A DNA stretch of 64,000 nucleotides from Octopus vulgaris (lineage: Eukaryota). The notes under the pieces were generated by a model. It was given only the letters and a program-made list of their open reading frames with translations. It had not been told where the DNA came from and made no database searches. The DNA lies in assembly GCA_951406725.2 (NCBI GenBank), contig OX597822.1:40114001-40178000 (forward strand), in the 5' to 3' direction. Shown piece by piece: positions 1 to 13,290 of the stretch. Each line of letters opens with the position of its first letter. Position 1 is the first letter of the stretch. The translations under genes and the position numbers were made by a program.

Positions 1-155
1 AGTTTTGTTTAAGTCAAGTTTTGTTTAACTCAAGTTTTGTTTAAGTCAAGTTTTGTTTAAGTCAAGTTTTGTTTAAGTCAAGTTTTGTTTAAGTCAAGTT
101 TTGTTTAAGTCAAGTTTTGTTTAAGTCAAGTTTTGTTTAAGTTAAGTTTTGTTCA
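1..155. repeat. 16-bp tandem repeat (AAGTTTTGTTTAAGTC)n, probable 3' tail of the adjacent LINE
   Basis: About nine near-perfect copies, running off the window edge. Confidence 0.9.
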
Positions 156-374
156 AGTAGTGAGTTCTTGTTGGGTGAGTTGTATCCAGTTTTGTTCAAG
201 TAGTGAGTTCTTGTTGGGTGAGTTGTATCCAATTATGGGTGGCTTATCTGGTATTCTTTGAAGGAATCTATCCAGACTCCGTTTAAAGTTGATGGGATCC
301 TTTTCCTCTTTGATCTCCCTCGGGACAATGTTAAATAGGGCAGGGCCTGTTGAGGAAAAGAAATTATGTTGCAG
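151..374 (-). mobile_element. 5'-truncated LINE (CR1/L2-like) ORF2 C-terminus
   Basis: Minus strand reads LQHNFFSSTGPALFNIVPREIKEEKDPINFKRSLDRFLQRIPDKPPIIGYNSPNKNSLLE, matching the GPxLFNxxP...FKxxLDxFLxxIPDxP end pattern of non-LTR ORF2; abuts (TA)n at 375. Confidence 0.75.
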
Positions 375-474
375 ATTATATATATATATATATATATCTT
401 AACAAGTGAAGAAGTCTAAAAACCACAAGATATTACCCTTAATATATTCTATATTCGAAACATATATATATATA

Positions 475-868
475 CTTTTTACTTGTTTCAGTCATTTGAC
501 TGCGGCCATGCTGGAGCACCGCCTTTAATCGAGCAACTCGACCCCGGGACTTATTCTTTTGTAAGCCCAGTACTTATTTTATCGGTCTCTTTTGCCGAAC
601 CGCTAAGTAACGGGGACATAAACACACCAGCATCGGTTGTCAAGCAATGCTAGGGGGACAAATACAGACACACAAACACACACACGCATATATATATATA
701 CATATATACGACGGGCTTCTTTCAGTTTCCGTCTACCAAATCCACTCACAAGGCTTTGGTCAGCCCGAGGCTATAGAAGACACTTGCCCAAGGTGCCACG
801 CAGTGGGACTGAACCCGGAACCATGTGGCTGGTAAACAAGCTACTTACCACACAGCCACTCCTGCGCC
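475..868 (-). mobile_element. tRNA-derived SINE family A, full length, with internal microsatellite
   Basis: Head GGCGCAGGAGTGGCTGTGTGGTAAG...GGTTCAGTCCC, CORE-like CCTTGGGCAAGTGTCTT, internal (TA)/(TG), tail AAATGACTGAAACAAGTAAAA; more than 15 copies in the window. Confidence 0.9.
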
Positions 869-889
869 TATATATATGAATTTATCTGC

Positions 890-944
<55 letters not shown>

Positions 945-2081
945 TGTCTGTATATGTATGTGTGTGAGTGTACATATATATATGTCCCTCTGTGTTTATA
1001 TGCACACACACGTGTATATATCTATTTATGTACATACATGTCATCTTGGTTCCTTATCCAGAGGGAAAAGGCGGGATGACCTCAGTTGGTATTCCTTATA
1101 CCCTAGACCTTCTCTATCATGGCAGACCTAGGGTTAAAGAACAACGTGCCGTTGATTACATAAACCAGGAAGTGAGGACTGGGGTTAGAGTTCGATGAAC
1201 GAAATATAATAGCTTCGTCTCACTCATTTAAAAAAAGAAAGTGGGATCGTGTTTATAAAGTTTTAATTTGGTATATGCGTTTGTAAAAACAAAAGACGGT
1301 ATGGTCATGGCGAGAATACTTTTTGATCAGATCTCTTTCCTCTCTGTCTGTCTCTGAGCTTGTGTTCACTGAATCGTTATTCAGTCGAACATTCCTGCGC
1401 TTCTATAGTTGTCACTCTGCGCCCTTAAGAATAATTGAGTCTAAATATTTGTATTGAATATGCAGAACGATCTCCCGAGAAAGGCTTAAATAGAGCGTGA
1501 CGTTGAAAGCGCTGAAGTGCTATTAATATCTTTTAGAATAGTTCTGTTAGATTGTCAATTGATGGTTATCAGAGTATTCAAAATAAATAAGAGAGAAAAC
1601 CCCGTTGGACCATAATGCTAATGGGGACAACACAAGCCATCAATAAAATGAACTCCCTGTACAGTAGATTTCTAAAATTCCTAAGCGTCACTAAATAGGG
1701 AATTTAGTAGAACATATTGAGAACCGTGAGATCTAGGATCATTTACTTGGCTTTGTGTGTGTAGAGGAGCATGGCCTGGTGCTTAGGGCCTCATGGTTTC
1801 AAGAGGATGGTTTCAATTTCTAGATCGAGCGGTGTATTGTGCTGTTGAACAAAATACTTCATTTCATGTTGCTTCGAGATCACTTCGACACACATGACGT
1901 ATAACACACCGTGCACCTGTAAAGGTAATGTCGATTTGATGGAGCGGGGTGAGCTAATGTACAACTTAAACATTTGATCACTATAAATAAATCCTTTATA
2001 CAGGTTGTGTGTGTGTGTGTATATATATATGAATTTATGTCTGTGTTTGTGTGTGTATATATATATATACATATATATGAA

Positions 2082-2124
<43 letters not shown>

Positions 2125-2145
2125 TTATATATATATATATATATA

Positions 2146-2194
<49 letters not shown>

Positions 2195-2224
2195 GTAAAG
2201 TAAATTATTTTACTTTACCCTATT

Positions 2225-2256
<32 letters not shown>

Positions 2257-2479
2257 GCTATGTGGTAAAAAGCTTGCTTTTCAACCCATTATTTCATTAT
2301 TTTCCTTTTTGCCTACATAAAAAATTGTGACTGTCTGGGAGTTTATTACGGTAGAAGAAAAAGAATTTCAAACATCTATTTCAAAATTCGTTATGTGGTG
2401 AAGCAATTAGCAGACACCCTAATTATGTTTATAATTATAGAATATTTGTATGTGTTTGTGTGTATATATATATATATAT

Positions 2480-3400
2480 GATATAGTTTTATTAAAGCTG
2501 CAAAATCTTCAAACATTGATGTCTGAGATTCCTAATAGATGGCGATACTGAACGGTCCGGGGTGTTTTGATACCTTTTTACCATAAGAGATATTTTCCCT
2601 CTACGATAACTGCAGTGTATTTGTATTTTAGCAGTTGAATTATGTGACAAACATATTTCAACTTACCTAAATCTGCTCATACATAAATACTGCTTAGCGC
2701 AAATAATTCGTTGTTTTCCTTCGATCGGGCGATCTACTAGCGCACATCGGTCAACGTGTTGACTGAATTATTCATAAAGCTGTAGTCTCTTTAGAGTTGC
2801 CCCTCTTTCCATGACGGATTGTACCGTCAAAAAAGAATAGTCTAATTAATCCCTTTTGATAATAAACCGCATAATACTGTAACACATGATAAATTAGCAT
2901 GACTCTTCTCCGTAACATGCTGATTTCCATAAATGTAGCCTCGTCACTCGAAACAATATTTGTTGGAAAGTGTATTTTGTCGATACACTTGCTAAGTACC
3001 ACTCGCAAATTTTCATACTTCTGTTCTGATCATCTCTCCATTGAGAACATGGAATATTCTTGGAATGTGACTTTTCCAATGAGAGCACTTCGAAATGTGA
3101 GAGACGCTTCATTTTGAAGTTCTTATCGCATGACTAGTTTGTCGCAAAGATGTTCTTGAACTCTGACAATAGATTTCTAGTGCCATTTCTTGCTTTTTGA
3201 TGTTCGTCGATGCCTGCAATCTTCAAGCTCGTTTCTTGTGGACATTTCGAACAGTTCAATCTGCTTCAAAATTTACCTCAAACGCAAGGAGGTCGTAAGT
3301 TGCGTAGATGGATCTGTTTGAAAGTCCCTCCTATTTTCAGATTTCCAATATCACTTTAGAATAAATTTCATTTGTTCAGAGCTTAGTCTGGCTCACTTCG
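2480..3400 (-). pseudogene. Degenerate Tc1/mariner-superfamily transposase (DUF4817-type N-terminus)
   Basis: Disrupted frames give FEAD*TVRNVHK, TSLRQ, IVSSDEATF and GLIRLFFFDGTI, resembling FSDEATF and IGPFFFDGT motifs. Confidence 0.65.
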
Positions 3401-3452
3401 TTATATTTAACGGCTTAAATCTACAAAAAACATAATGAGTTAACAGCTGTGT

Positions 3453-3838
3453 ATGCATGTGAACGCGCGCGCAAGCACACGCACACGCACACACATGCAC
3501 ACGCACACACACACGCACACACATGCACACGCACATACATGCACACGCACACACATGCACACGCACCCACACACATGCACACGCACGCACACACATGCAC
3601 ACGCACGCACACACATGCACACGCACGCACACACATGCACACGCACGCACACACATGCACACGCACGCACACACATGCACACGCACGCACACACATGCAC
3701 ACGCACGCACACACATGCACACGCACGCACACACATGCGCGCACACACACGCGCACACACACACGCGCGCACACGCGCACGCGCACACGCGCACGCGCAC
3801 GCACGCACACACGCACGCACGCACACACACACACACAC
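3453..3838. repeat. CA-derived 20-bp minisatellite (ACGCACGCACACACATGCAC)n
   Basis: Exact 20-bp period at 3571-3740. Confidence 0.9.
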
Positions 3839-4619
3839 GTTTTGTACGCATGTGTTCGTATGTAAGCAAGTTAAAATGGCGCATAATTCAGTAAAACTCT
3901 AGTTTTATTCATAGAAATTTCTTTGGCTTCTCCCTTCACCTACCGACCCATAATTTCATCTATTTGTATATATGTATCTCTCTGTCTATCAATCTATTTA
4001 TCTATTTATCTCTATGTATGTCACCCTATCTGCCTAGTTACCGAAGGTACGTAGCTCCCTCCGTCTGTCGAGTATTCTTGCTTTTATCTGTGTGTGTGTA
4101 TGCACTGTTGGGTGCTTCGTTCACCTATTTGATGGTGTCTGTCGCCATCTCTGTGTGTAGGCTAGCCGTATATTTGTGTGTAAGTGAAAGTTTGTATATG
4201 TACATCTGTGTGTCCCTATATTTGCCTCTCTACGTCTACTGATCTCGTTGTCACTGACAACTATTATCTTTACTATTGTGTAGGTGAGAGTGGCGATATG
4301 TTGCTGTATGTGGACGGGTAGGGGGCTTAGTTTGAGGGCGACAGTCTTGCTAGTGTGTCGACTCTATGGAGGCGGTGGCCTTGGCTATCATTGCAAAACT
4401 GCGCATCAGATGTTATGGAGGGCGAAGAAGGTGAAGCAGAAAAGCGTTGGTGCTGGGTGCGCACAACAATTACTTCCTCTCTCTCTCCCTCGTGTACTTT
4501 CAGTAGAGGCACAGTGAACTATATGCACATGCATGTATGTACACACGTATACATAAAATGAAAGCTAATACATATGTTTACATAAGTGTGTACGCACGCA
4601 CACACGCGCTAGTGTAGTA

Positions 4620-4624
4620 TACAC

Positions 4625-4666
<42 letters not shown>

Positions 4667-4830
4667 AGTGTGTATGTGTGTGTATGTATATCTATATATA
4701 TATATATATATGTGTGTATGTATATATATATATATATGTGTATATGTATGTATGTATATATATATATATATATGTGTATGTATATATATATATATATATA
4801 TATGTGTGTATGTATATATATATATATATA

Positions 4831-4901
<71 letters not shown>

Positions 4902-4928
4902 ATGTATATATATATATATATATATGTG

Positions 4929-4965
<37 letters not shown>

Positions 4966-5012
4966 ATGTATATATATATATATATATATGTGTGTGTATA
5001 TATATATATATA

Positions 5013-5045
<33 letters not shown>

Positions 5046-5402
5046 GTGTGTATGTATATCTATATATACGTGTATATATATGTGTGTCTGTATGTATATC
5101 TATATATATGTGTATATATATATATGTGTGTATGTATATCATATATATATATATATATATATGTGTGTATATATATATGTGTGTATGTATATATATATAT
5201 ATATGTGTATATATATATATGTGTGTATGTATATATATATATATATATGTGTATATATATATATGTGTGTATGTATGTATATCTATATATATGTGTATAT
5301 ATATATATGTGTGTATGTATATCATATATATATATATATATATGTGTGTATATATATATGTGTGTATGTATATCTATATATATATATATATGTGTGTGTA
5401 TG

Positions 5403-5433
<31 letters not shown>

Positions 5434-5949
5434 GTGTGTATGTATATCTATATATATATATATGTGTGTGTATGTATATATATATATATATATATGTGAA
5501 TATATATATGTGTGTATGTATATCTATATATATATATATGTGTGTATATATATATGTGTGTATGTATATCTATATATATATATATGTGTATATATATATA
5601 TGTGTGTATGTATATCTATATATATATATATATGTGTGTATATATATATGTGTGTATATATATATGTGTGTATGTATATCTATATATATATATGTGTGTA
5701 TATATATGTGTGTATGTATATCTATATATATATATATGTGTGTATGTATATCTGTATATATATATGTGTGTATGTATATCTATATATATATATATATATA
5801 AACACACACATCTCTCTCTTACTATCTCTCTCTTTATATATATACACATATGCGTAAATAGATATGTATATATGCATGTGTATAGATATATATATATATA
5901 TATTTATACATACACACACAATCTTTCTGTCTCTCTGTCACATTTCTTA

Positions 5950-6022
<73 letters not shown>
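4620..6022. repeat. Compound (TA)n/(TG)n microsatellite array
   Basis: About 1.4 kb of TA runs punctuated by TGTGTATG. Confidence 0.95.
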
Positions 6023-6023
<1 letters not shown>

Positions 6024-6027
<4 letters not shown>

Positions 6028-6219
6028 ATCCAAACAAGAAAACACAAAAACACAGCAACGCGAGGACGTGGAACAAATAATGTATTATTGGACGCTCAGG
6101 GAAGAAGGAGGGTTTAACGTTTCGAGCGGAGCTCTTCGTCGGAAACAAAGGAGAAGGAAAGATCCCGAGAAGGGAAGACAGGGGAAAAAAATTGCTGGCG
6201 GTGCTCACGAGGTCACATG

Positions 6220-6220
<1 letters not shown>
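6024..6220 (-). mobile_element. Penelope-like terminal fragment with a variant hammerhead motif (6112-6146)
   Basis: Minus strand GUUU-CCGACGA-A-GAGC(UCC)GCUC-GAAAC-GUU-AAAC; flanked by (TA)n; related fragment at about 35185-35270. Confidence 0.6.
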
Positions 6221-6252
<32 letters not shown>

Positions 6253-6257
6253 GTATA

Positions 6258-6305
<48 letters not shown>

Positions 6306-6367
6306 TACACATATGCGTGTGGGTATATATGTATGTATATATATATGTACTCATATATATATATATA

Positions 6368-6404
<37 letters not shown>

Positions 6405-6959
6405 TTATATATGTACTCACACGTATGCGTACACACACACACACACACACACGAAAATAAGAAATACCTTGACTGGCAACAAGTGAAGAAATGACCATCC
6501 TACCGAAATTCTTTTATGAAACACAAATTGACTCACTCAATAACTAAGGGCTTAAATACTGAACTTTGAACCTTTGACCTTTATATTGTCAAAGCAAAAG
6601 GATTAAATCCAATGAAAATACCGTCACACTTTGTTCCTACCTAACAATAAAGAAGCACCTGCTGACTAGTTTCCAATCTGCATGCATGATTAAATTCTAA
6701 ACAACATAAACCCAAATTTCATCAATAAAATTTTTTCTAAAACACCTTCCCAGAAAACCCTATTTACCACCTCACTCAAACGCGCGCGCGCACACACACG
6801 CACAGGATTCTAACTTGACAAAGCCTACGTTAAGACAAAACTAACTCTAATGCATCGCAATCTGACGATGGATACGCGGGCCGACACCGCCAAGTCACTA
6901 TCAACAACATGATTCTTGATTAAGAATAAATATATACACGCATGTATGTATGTATTCAT

Positions 6960-7325
6960 GTATGTCATTATTCAGTTTATTTCAAGATTTCTTGCCAATA
7001 GACAAAGAACCGGTTTCTAACCTAGATTCAAGGTTCCTTCATTGGAATTTCAACATCAACAACAACGGTATTTTTTTTGTGTGTGTGTATGTATGTGTGT
7101 GTGTATATCATTATTCAGTTTATTTCAAGATTTCTTGCCAATAAAGATCTGGTTTCTAACCTAGATCCAAGGCTCCTTCACTGGAATTTCAACATCAACA
7201 ACAGGGTATTTTTGTATGTATGTATGCATGTATGTATGTCATTTAGTTTATTTCAAGATTTCTTGTCAATAAAGAACTGGTTTCTAACCTAGAGCCAAGG
7301 CTCCTTCATTAGAATTTCAACATGT
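6960..7325. repeat. Three tandem copies of an approximately 130-145 bp unit
   Basis: TCATT..AGTTTATTTCAAGATTTCTTG..GGTTTCTAACCTAGA..GAATTTCAACAT at about 6965, 7108 and 7239, separated by (TATG)n. Confidence 0.85.
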
Positions 7326-7521
7326 ATGTATTTTCATGCATATAGTTGCATATCTAGACAGGCTCATATATATTTAAATGATAAACTTCTGGGAAGTTTT
7401 ACAGATATTTACAGTTCTAGTGCTGGAATGGTTTTCTAGTCTTCGAATTAGGTTCGCAAAACCAGAAAGGAGAAAGCTAATTTCTCAAGATTGATATTTA
7501 GGATATATGTATGTATGTATG

Positions 7522-7775
7522 TGGTGGTGTAACACACCTTACTAATCATATCTGTCGGGCATGTGGAAGACAGTGTAATTCGGCAGGAGGACTTAAACGA
7601 CATGCAAAGGTACATGAAGCCCAAGCCGGCTATTACCGGTAAAGGTTTTAGTTGCTAATTCTGTACAAGACATTGTAGATCTTTAGCTGAGCTAAAAAGT
7701 CACATTCGATCAGAGCACCAGTAACAGTTAAGCTTCGTGCAATGGCCATACTCGATAACGAGGGGGCAGCCATAA
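7522..7775 (+). mobile_element. RTE-like LINE 3' end with two degenerate C2H2 zinc fingers
   Basis: HICRACGRQCNSAGGLKRHAKVH, then after a frameshift FSC*FCTRHCRSLAELKSHIRSEH*; short 3' UTR and ATGT-rich tail. Confidence 0.65.
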
Positions 7776-8226
7776 TGTATGTTGGTATGTATGTACACAC
7801 GCACATATGTTTGCACGGCAAACACTACCTTCATTAAACCTTCCCCATTTCTCATTTAGTCTATCTTTTCTTCTTATCCACTGTCTCTCTCTTCCCCTTC
7901 TCTCACTTTCTTTCTCTTTACCTCCTCTCTCTCTACTTACATTACATCCTTTCCACCTCTGTGTGTGGTCTTGTTTCATTTCTTTCTCTCTCTCTGTTCA
8001 TTTATATCTCTATATATGTTTCTCCCTTTTTCTCTCTCTCACTCTCTGCTCGTGCGTGTATGAACGTATGTCTGTTTAAAATTTTCAGTAACGTGTGAGA
8101 TGTGTGTACATGTATCTGCATGTTTCCGCGTGTATTTCAGTATGTGTCTGCAATCATATATGTAAGCATACTGTGTATTTACATTTGTATGCTAATTAAT
8201 ATCTATCTATCTGTCTGTCTGTCATT

Positions 8227-8651
8227 TCTTTTACCTGTTCCAGTCATTAGACACCGGCCATGCTGGAGCACTACTTTGAAAGATTTAGTCGAACAAATGG
8301 GCTCCAGTACTTCTTGTTAAAGTCTTTTACTTATTTTATCGCTTTCTTTTTGCCGAACCGCTACCTACGGAGTTGTAAACAAACTAGCATCGGTTGTCAA
8401 GAGGTGGTGGTGCAGACACACACACACACTCGCACACACATTCACATGTGTGCACCCACACATACACACACGTACATACGTGCATACATACATGCGCGAT
8501 GGGCTTCTTTTCAGTTTCCGCTAACCAAATCCTTCACAAGGCTTTGGCCAGCCAGGAGCTCCAGTAGAAGGCACTCGTCCAAGATGCCATGCAGTGAGAC
8601 AGAGCCCAGAACCATGTTGTTATGTCAAACTTCTTACCACACAGCCACGCA
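8227..8651 (-). mobile_element. SINE family A (diverged)
   Basis: Same head, microsatellite and tail blocks as 475-868. Confidence 0.8.
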
Positions 8652-8952
8652 TGGTAAGATTAATCGTCCATCCAAGTTTAACGCGACCATTTAACTCATG
8701 GCTACACTGAATGTGTATTCGGACCAAAATTATTCGTCTGATGATAACTTTATTTCTCACTCTCTCTCGATCGCTCTACCATTCAGTCTTTGGAGACCTA
8801 ACAATGTTAGGGATCCTGATGTTACTTCTAACAAACCCAACACACATATACATGCACTATGCACATCACATGTACCCACACGAACATATGTATGTATGTA
8901 TGTATGTATGCATGTATACATCAATACTGTATAACTGCTCACAACCAGTAAC

Positions 8953-9140
8953 TATTTCTTTATCGCCCACAGGGGGCTAAACACAGAGGGGACAAACAAG
9001 GACAGACAAAGGGATTAAGTCAATTACATCGACCCTAGTGCATAACTGGTACTTATTTCATCGACTCCGAAAGGATGAAAGGCAAAGTCGGCCTCGGTGG
9101 AATTTGAACTCAGAACGTAACGGCAGACGAAATATCGCTA
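8953..9140 (-). mobile_element. SINE family B (Meta-domain-like), 5'-truncated
   Basis: Reverse complement of TTCTGAGTTCAAATTCC..GACTTTGCCTTTCATCCTTTCGG..AAGTACCAG; imperfect flanking CTCACAACCA(G/A)TA. Confidence 0.85.
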
Positions 9141-10108
9141 AACTCACAACCAATAGCGTTAACATAAACGACCCGTGTCTGAAAAGTTTTGCTTCCTAGA
9201 TTTCACAACGTAGGTGATTGCACCTTCAGACACTATTTTACTGATAATGTCTTTATACTGTAGTTTGTTTTAAAAGGAGTTTTTCGGGACTCACCATAAG
9301 TACATTAAAAAAATTGACGCAACAACATAAGCACTCATTTTAGAATTGGGGGTTATAAAAAAAATGAAAATAAAAAACTCCCTCTCTGATTCTTTAGTAA
9401 CTAAGGTCGCAGAACTATACTCAAGTTCTTAGTTATTCTTCAAATGACACTATTACATTCTACTGCTAAACGCTTTGAATAGGGATTTCAAAATATCCTT
9501 TCTGGGATTTACGGATGGCTGTATGACGTGTGTGCGCCATATGTGTCTACATACATAAACGTGTGTTGTCTTGATTGCGTCTAAATCTACTCAGCTGAGG
9601 TAAACATAATTCAGTGACAAGATCTCACATCAGCATACATGGCCATTAGCTTTCACTTTTCACCCCCATTGAATTTAAGGGTCTTCCAATTTTTTAGCAA
9701 AAGATCAGCAATTTTGAAGGGAAGGAAAGTGGGATGCATTGACCCCCCAGTACTCGACTGGTACTTTATTTTGTTGATCCCGTAAGAATGAAAGGCAAAG
9801 TTAACTTCGGCGGCATTTGAACTCAGCACAAACTCCGAAGAAATGTCGCCATTTATTTGGTCCGTCGCATTAAGAATTCTGACCGTTTGCCGCATTCATT
9901 GGGGTTAATGTTGCAAAAAATATTATCAGCTGGTGTTGTTAAGGTTCGAATTCTTTCCTTGAAGGGGTTTTTATATAATAATTGCAAAGTTAATCTCAAT
10001 AGTGATGTTTTCTAACTCACATAATTATATATACGAGACTCTGCCATATATGTATGTTCTGTCTGCCTGTCTGTTCTCTCTCTCTCGCTCTTTCTATCTC
10101 GCTCTTTC

Positions 10109-10162
<54 letters not shown>

Positions 10163-10177
10163 TCACACACACAGTGT

Positions 10178-10345
10178 AGACGCAGGCGTGGCCATGTGGT
10201 AAGGAGCTTGCTTCCCTATCATGCAGCTTTGGTTTCAGTCCCACTGCGCAGCTCCTCAGGCAAGTGTCTTCCCCTATAGCCCTGGGCTGATCAAAACATT
10301 GTCAGTCGGAAACTGAAAGAAGCCCGTCAAATATATATATATATA
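10178..10345 (+). mobile_element. SINE family A 5' half, interrupted at its (TA)n by a Tc1 element
   Basis: Head and CORE-like block end at GAAGCCCGTC(AT)n, directly followed by a Tc1 terminus. Confidence 0.8.
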
Positions 10346-10347
10346 CA

Positions 10348-11261
10348 CACGGGTTGGACAAATTAATGGTAACACCTTAAAATTTCAAACAAATTTATTT
10401 TAATATGGGGCAGGACCGCCTTTGGCAATAATTATATCTTGAATTCTACGAGCTATGGATTCGTACAAAGTTTGAATTGTTTCGATAAGAATTTTTGTCC
10501 ATTCTTCAGCTAAAACAGTCTCCAGTTCTTGTAGTGATGATGGTGGAGGATATCGACTCCTTACTTGCTTTTCTAAAATGCACCTTAAATGTTCAATAAT
10601 ATTGAGATCTGGGAACTGTGGTGGCCAGATAAGATGTTCAGCTTCACTAGGATGTTCCTCGTGTCATTCAGTAACAACTTGAGCTATGTAAGTTGGTGCA
10701 TTAGCATCCTGAAAGATTGCGTTTCCTCCCGGAAACGGTTCCGTAACCATAGGATGAATTTGATCAGATAAAATGCTTAAATAGTCTTGATTATTAATTC
10801 TGCCTTGAAGGGAAACCATTGGGCCAGCGATTTCCAAGATATAGCCCCCCAGATCATCACAGATCTTCCCATGTTTAACAGTTGGAAGAAGGCAGTCTGG
10901 GTCAAATGCTTCTTTTGGCTGTGTCCACATGTATAATCGGCCGGTGATAGGAAATAAGTTAAAGGATAACTCGTCCGAGAAAATAACATTCTTCCACTGC
11001 TCTAGGGACCAAATTCTGTAGGTTTTTACTCCACTCTAAATGCTTTGCAACGCATGTTTTTGAAAGTAGTGTTTTTTTTTATTGCAGCCCTCCCGTGAAA
11101 TCTGGCTTTGTGCAGTTTCCGGCGAACAGCTTTTGTGAAAACTGGGTTGGTTTTCGAGGTGGGTCATTAAGCTCTGCAGTAATTTTGACAGTTGTACTTT
11201 TGTGATCCTTTCTAATAATTCGCGTAAGAGTCCGACGGTCCCTATCTGAAACTTTGATATC
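10348..11261 (-). mobile_element. Tc1 (DD34E-type) transposon remnant, frameshifted
   Basis: SDRDRRTLTRIIRK, WKNVIFSDE, LLPTVKHG, SVMIWGAIS, IFQDANAP, WPPQFPDLNIIEH, GPAPY*; terminus CACGGGTTGGACAAATTAATGG; 5' end replaced by a SINE. Confidence 0.9.
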
Positions 11262-11495
11262 TATTTCTTTACTACCCACAAGGGACTAAACAGAGAGAGG
11301 ACAAACAAGGACAGACAAACGGATTAAGTCGATTATATCGTAACTGGTACTTAATTTATCGACCCCGAAAGTATGAAAGGCAAAGTCGACCTCGGCGGAA
11401 TTTGAACTCAGAACGTAACGGCAGACGAAATACGCCTATGCATTTCGCCCAGCGTGCTAACGATTCTGCCAGCTCGCCGCCGTTCTGCCAGCTCG
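11262..11495 (-). mobile_element. SINE family B
   Basis: Head GGCGGCGAGCTGGCAGAATCGTTAGCACG and Meta-like block on the minus strand. Confidence 0.9.
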
Positions 11496-12549
11496 ATCGA
11501 GTACTCTTTCTTTTGGCTCCTACAACTAATGTGTATGTGTGTGTGTGTCTGCACGGCGTACGTGCGTGTGTGTTGAAAGAAAGAAAGAATGACGGTGAAT
11601 GTAAACTTGTGAAAGAGGGAGAAGAAGGAAAGAAAGAGAGGAAGAATCATTGATAAAAAAGTTATTGCGGATCTTGTATAATGTAGAGTAAGGGAGGGTT
11701 AAGTGTGAGAGAGTGGATAAATGACTGAGAAGAATGGAGAGGAAAGAAAGAAGCAGTAAAAGTGATGACAGAGGGGGAAGTGAAGGGGAGAGAAAGTGCG
11801 CGCGCGAAGTCAAATCTAAAGTGGGAGAGGCTAGAGGAGGGAGGGGAGAGTGGCGGTGTGCAGCGAATCAGAAGTCACGGGAGGAGGGGCTGAAGCTTGA
11901 GAGTAAGAAATATGAGAGGGGAGTGGGGTGGACAACGAACAAAGAGAGAGGGAGGAGGTGTTATCGTCGCTTGAGGAGGTAGTGGGAGGATGTTTTGAAA
12001 GAGAGGGGTATACATAACAAAGGAATGAGGGGGTGACGGTAAGAGTGAGGAATGGGTAGAGGAAGAGGAGGTAGTGAGATTGATAAAGAGAAGGGGAGTA
12101 GTTTGTAGGTGTGTATGCATTTGTATATATAAATTTATGTAGATATGTATGTATATATATAAGCATGTACGTATATTTCACTGTGTGTGTGTGTGTGTGA
12201 AGGAATTTCTGTGTGAAGTTGTTCGTTCAAGGCGCGTACGTGAATTTGTATTGTAACCATCTGCGTGTATCTATGTATGTGTGAGAATGTGTAACTGTCT
12301 GTGTGCGTATTTGAACATATGTTTATGTCTGTATATGTATCACTCTGATATCTGTATGTATAAGTGTAGTATAAATAACTTCAAGTATGCGTGTGAGTGC
12401 ACCTTGTCCATTCATATGAGAACATATGTTTACATATATATATACGTGTGTGTATGTTTGTGCATGCACACACATGATAATGCTTCCACACAATTCGAAT
12501 ACGTGCTCCAGTGTGTGTGCGTGTGTGTATACTCCTTTACACTTTTATT

Positions 12550-12929
12550 TATTTCATTCATGGAACTGCGGCCATGCTGGAGCACTTACCCTTTTAGTCG
12601 AACAAATCGACCCCCGAACTTTGTAAGCGTAGTACATATTCTATCGGTGTCATTTGCTAAGTTATAGGGACGCGAACACACCAACATCGGTTGTCAAGCG
12701 ATGCAGTGGGGACACACAATTAAACAAACATTACATACATATATATATACACACACACACACACACGATGGGCTTCTTTCAGTTTCCGTCTACCACATCT
12801 ACTCACAAGGCATTGGTCGACTCGAAGGCTATAGTAGAAGCCACTCGCCCAAGGTGCCACGCAGTGGGACTGAACCTGGAGCCGTGTGGTTGGTAAGCAA
12901 GCTGCTTACCACACAGCCACTCCTGCGCC
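12550..12929 (-). mobile_element. SINE family A
   Basis: Full block order conserved. Confidence 0.85.
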
Positions 12930-13044
12930 TGTGTATGTGAATTACCATATGGTACAGAGTTTATGTATATGTGCGTATAAGTATGTATGCGGTTTTATAC
13001 GGATATGCATGGGTGTTTGATAAAAGTATGTGACGAAGAGGTGC

Positions 13045-13259
13045 CATCGCGACTGTATGGTTGAGAAGCTTCCTTTGACCACACGTGACCTCGGGTTCAG
13101 AATTGATGCGTGACACCTTCGGTGAATGCCTTCCGATACGTTGAGTGAATTTGGTTGACGGAGATTGTTGGAAGACCTTCGTATGCATAAGTGTGTATAT
13201 ATGCTTGTGTGTGTGTATATATATATGCATGTTTGTGTGTGTATATGTATGTATATGCA

Positions 13260-13290
<31 letters not shown>

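Noticed and set aside
1-231. CRISPR-like regular repeats
   Set aside because: Contiguous tandem units without unique spacers; eukaryotic context and no cas genes.
4284-4517. GC-richer island with short ORFs after a possible acceptor
   Set aside because: No recognisable protein motif or supporting exon; could be regulatory but unsupported.
4609-6498. Long ORFs of up to 398 aa rich in YI/CV/HT (also at 3.4, 13, 32, 38 and 49 kb)
   Set aside because: Translations of microsatellites that lack stop codons; not genes.
6740-6762. NTFPENP, resembling the next EAAT exon (NxFPxN)
   Set aside because: Lies upstream of the first coding exon, has no AG acceptor, and similarity does not extend.
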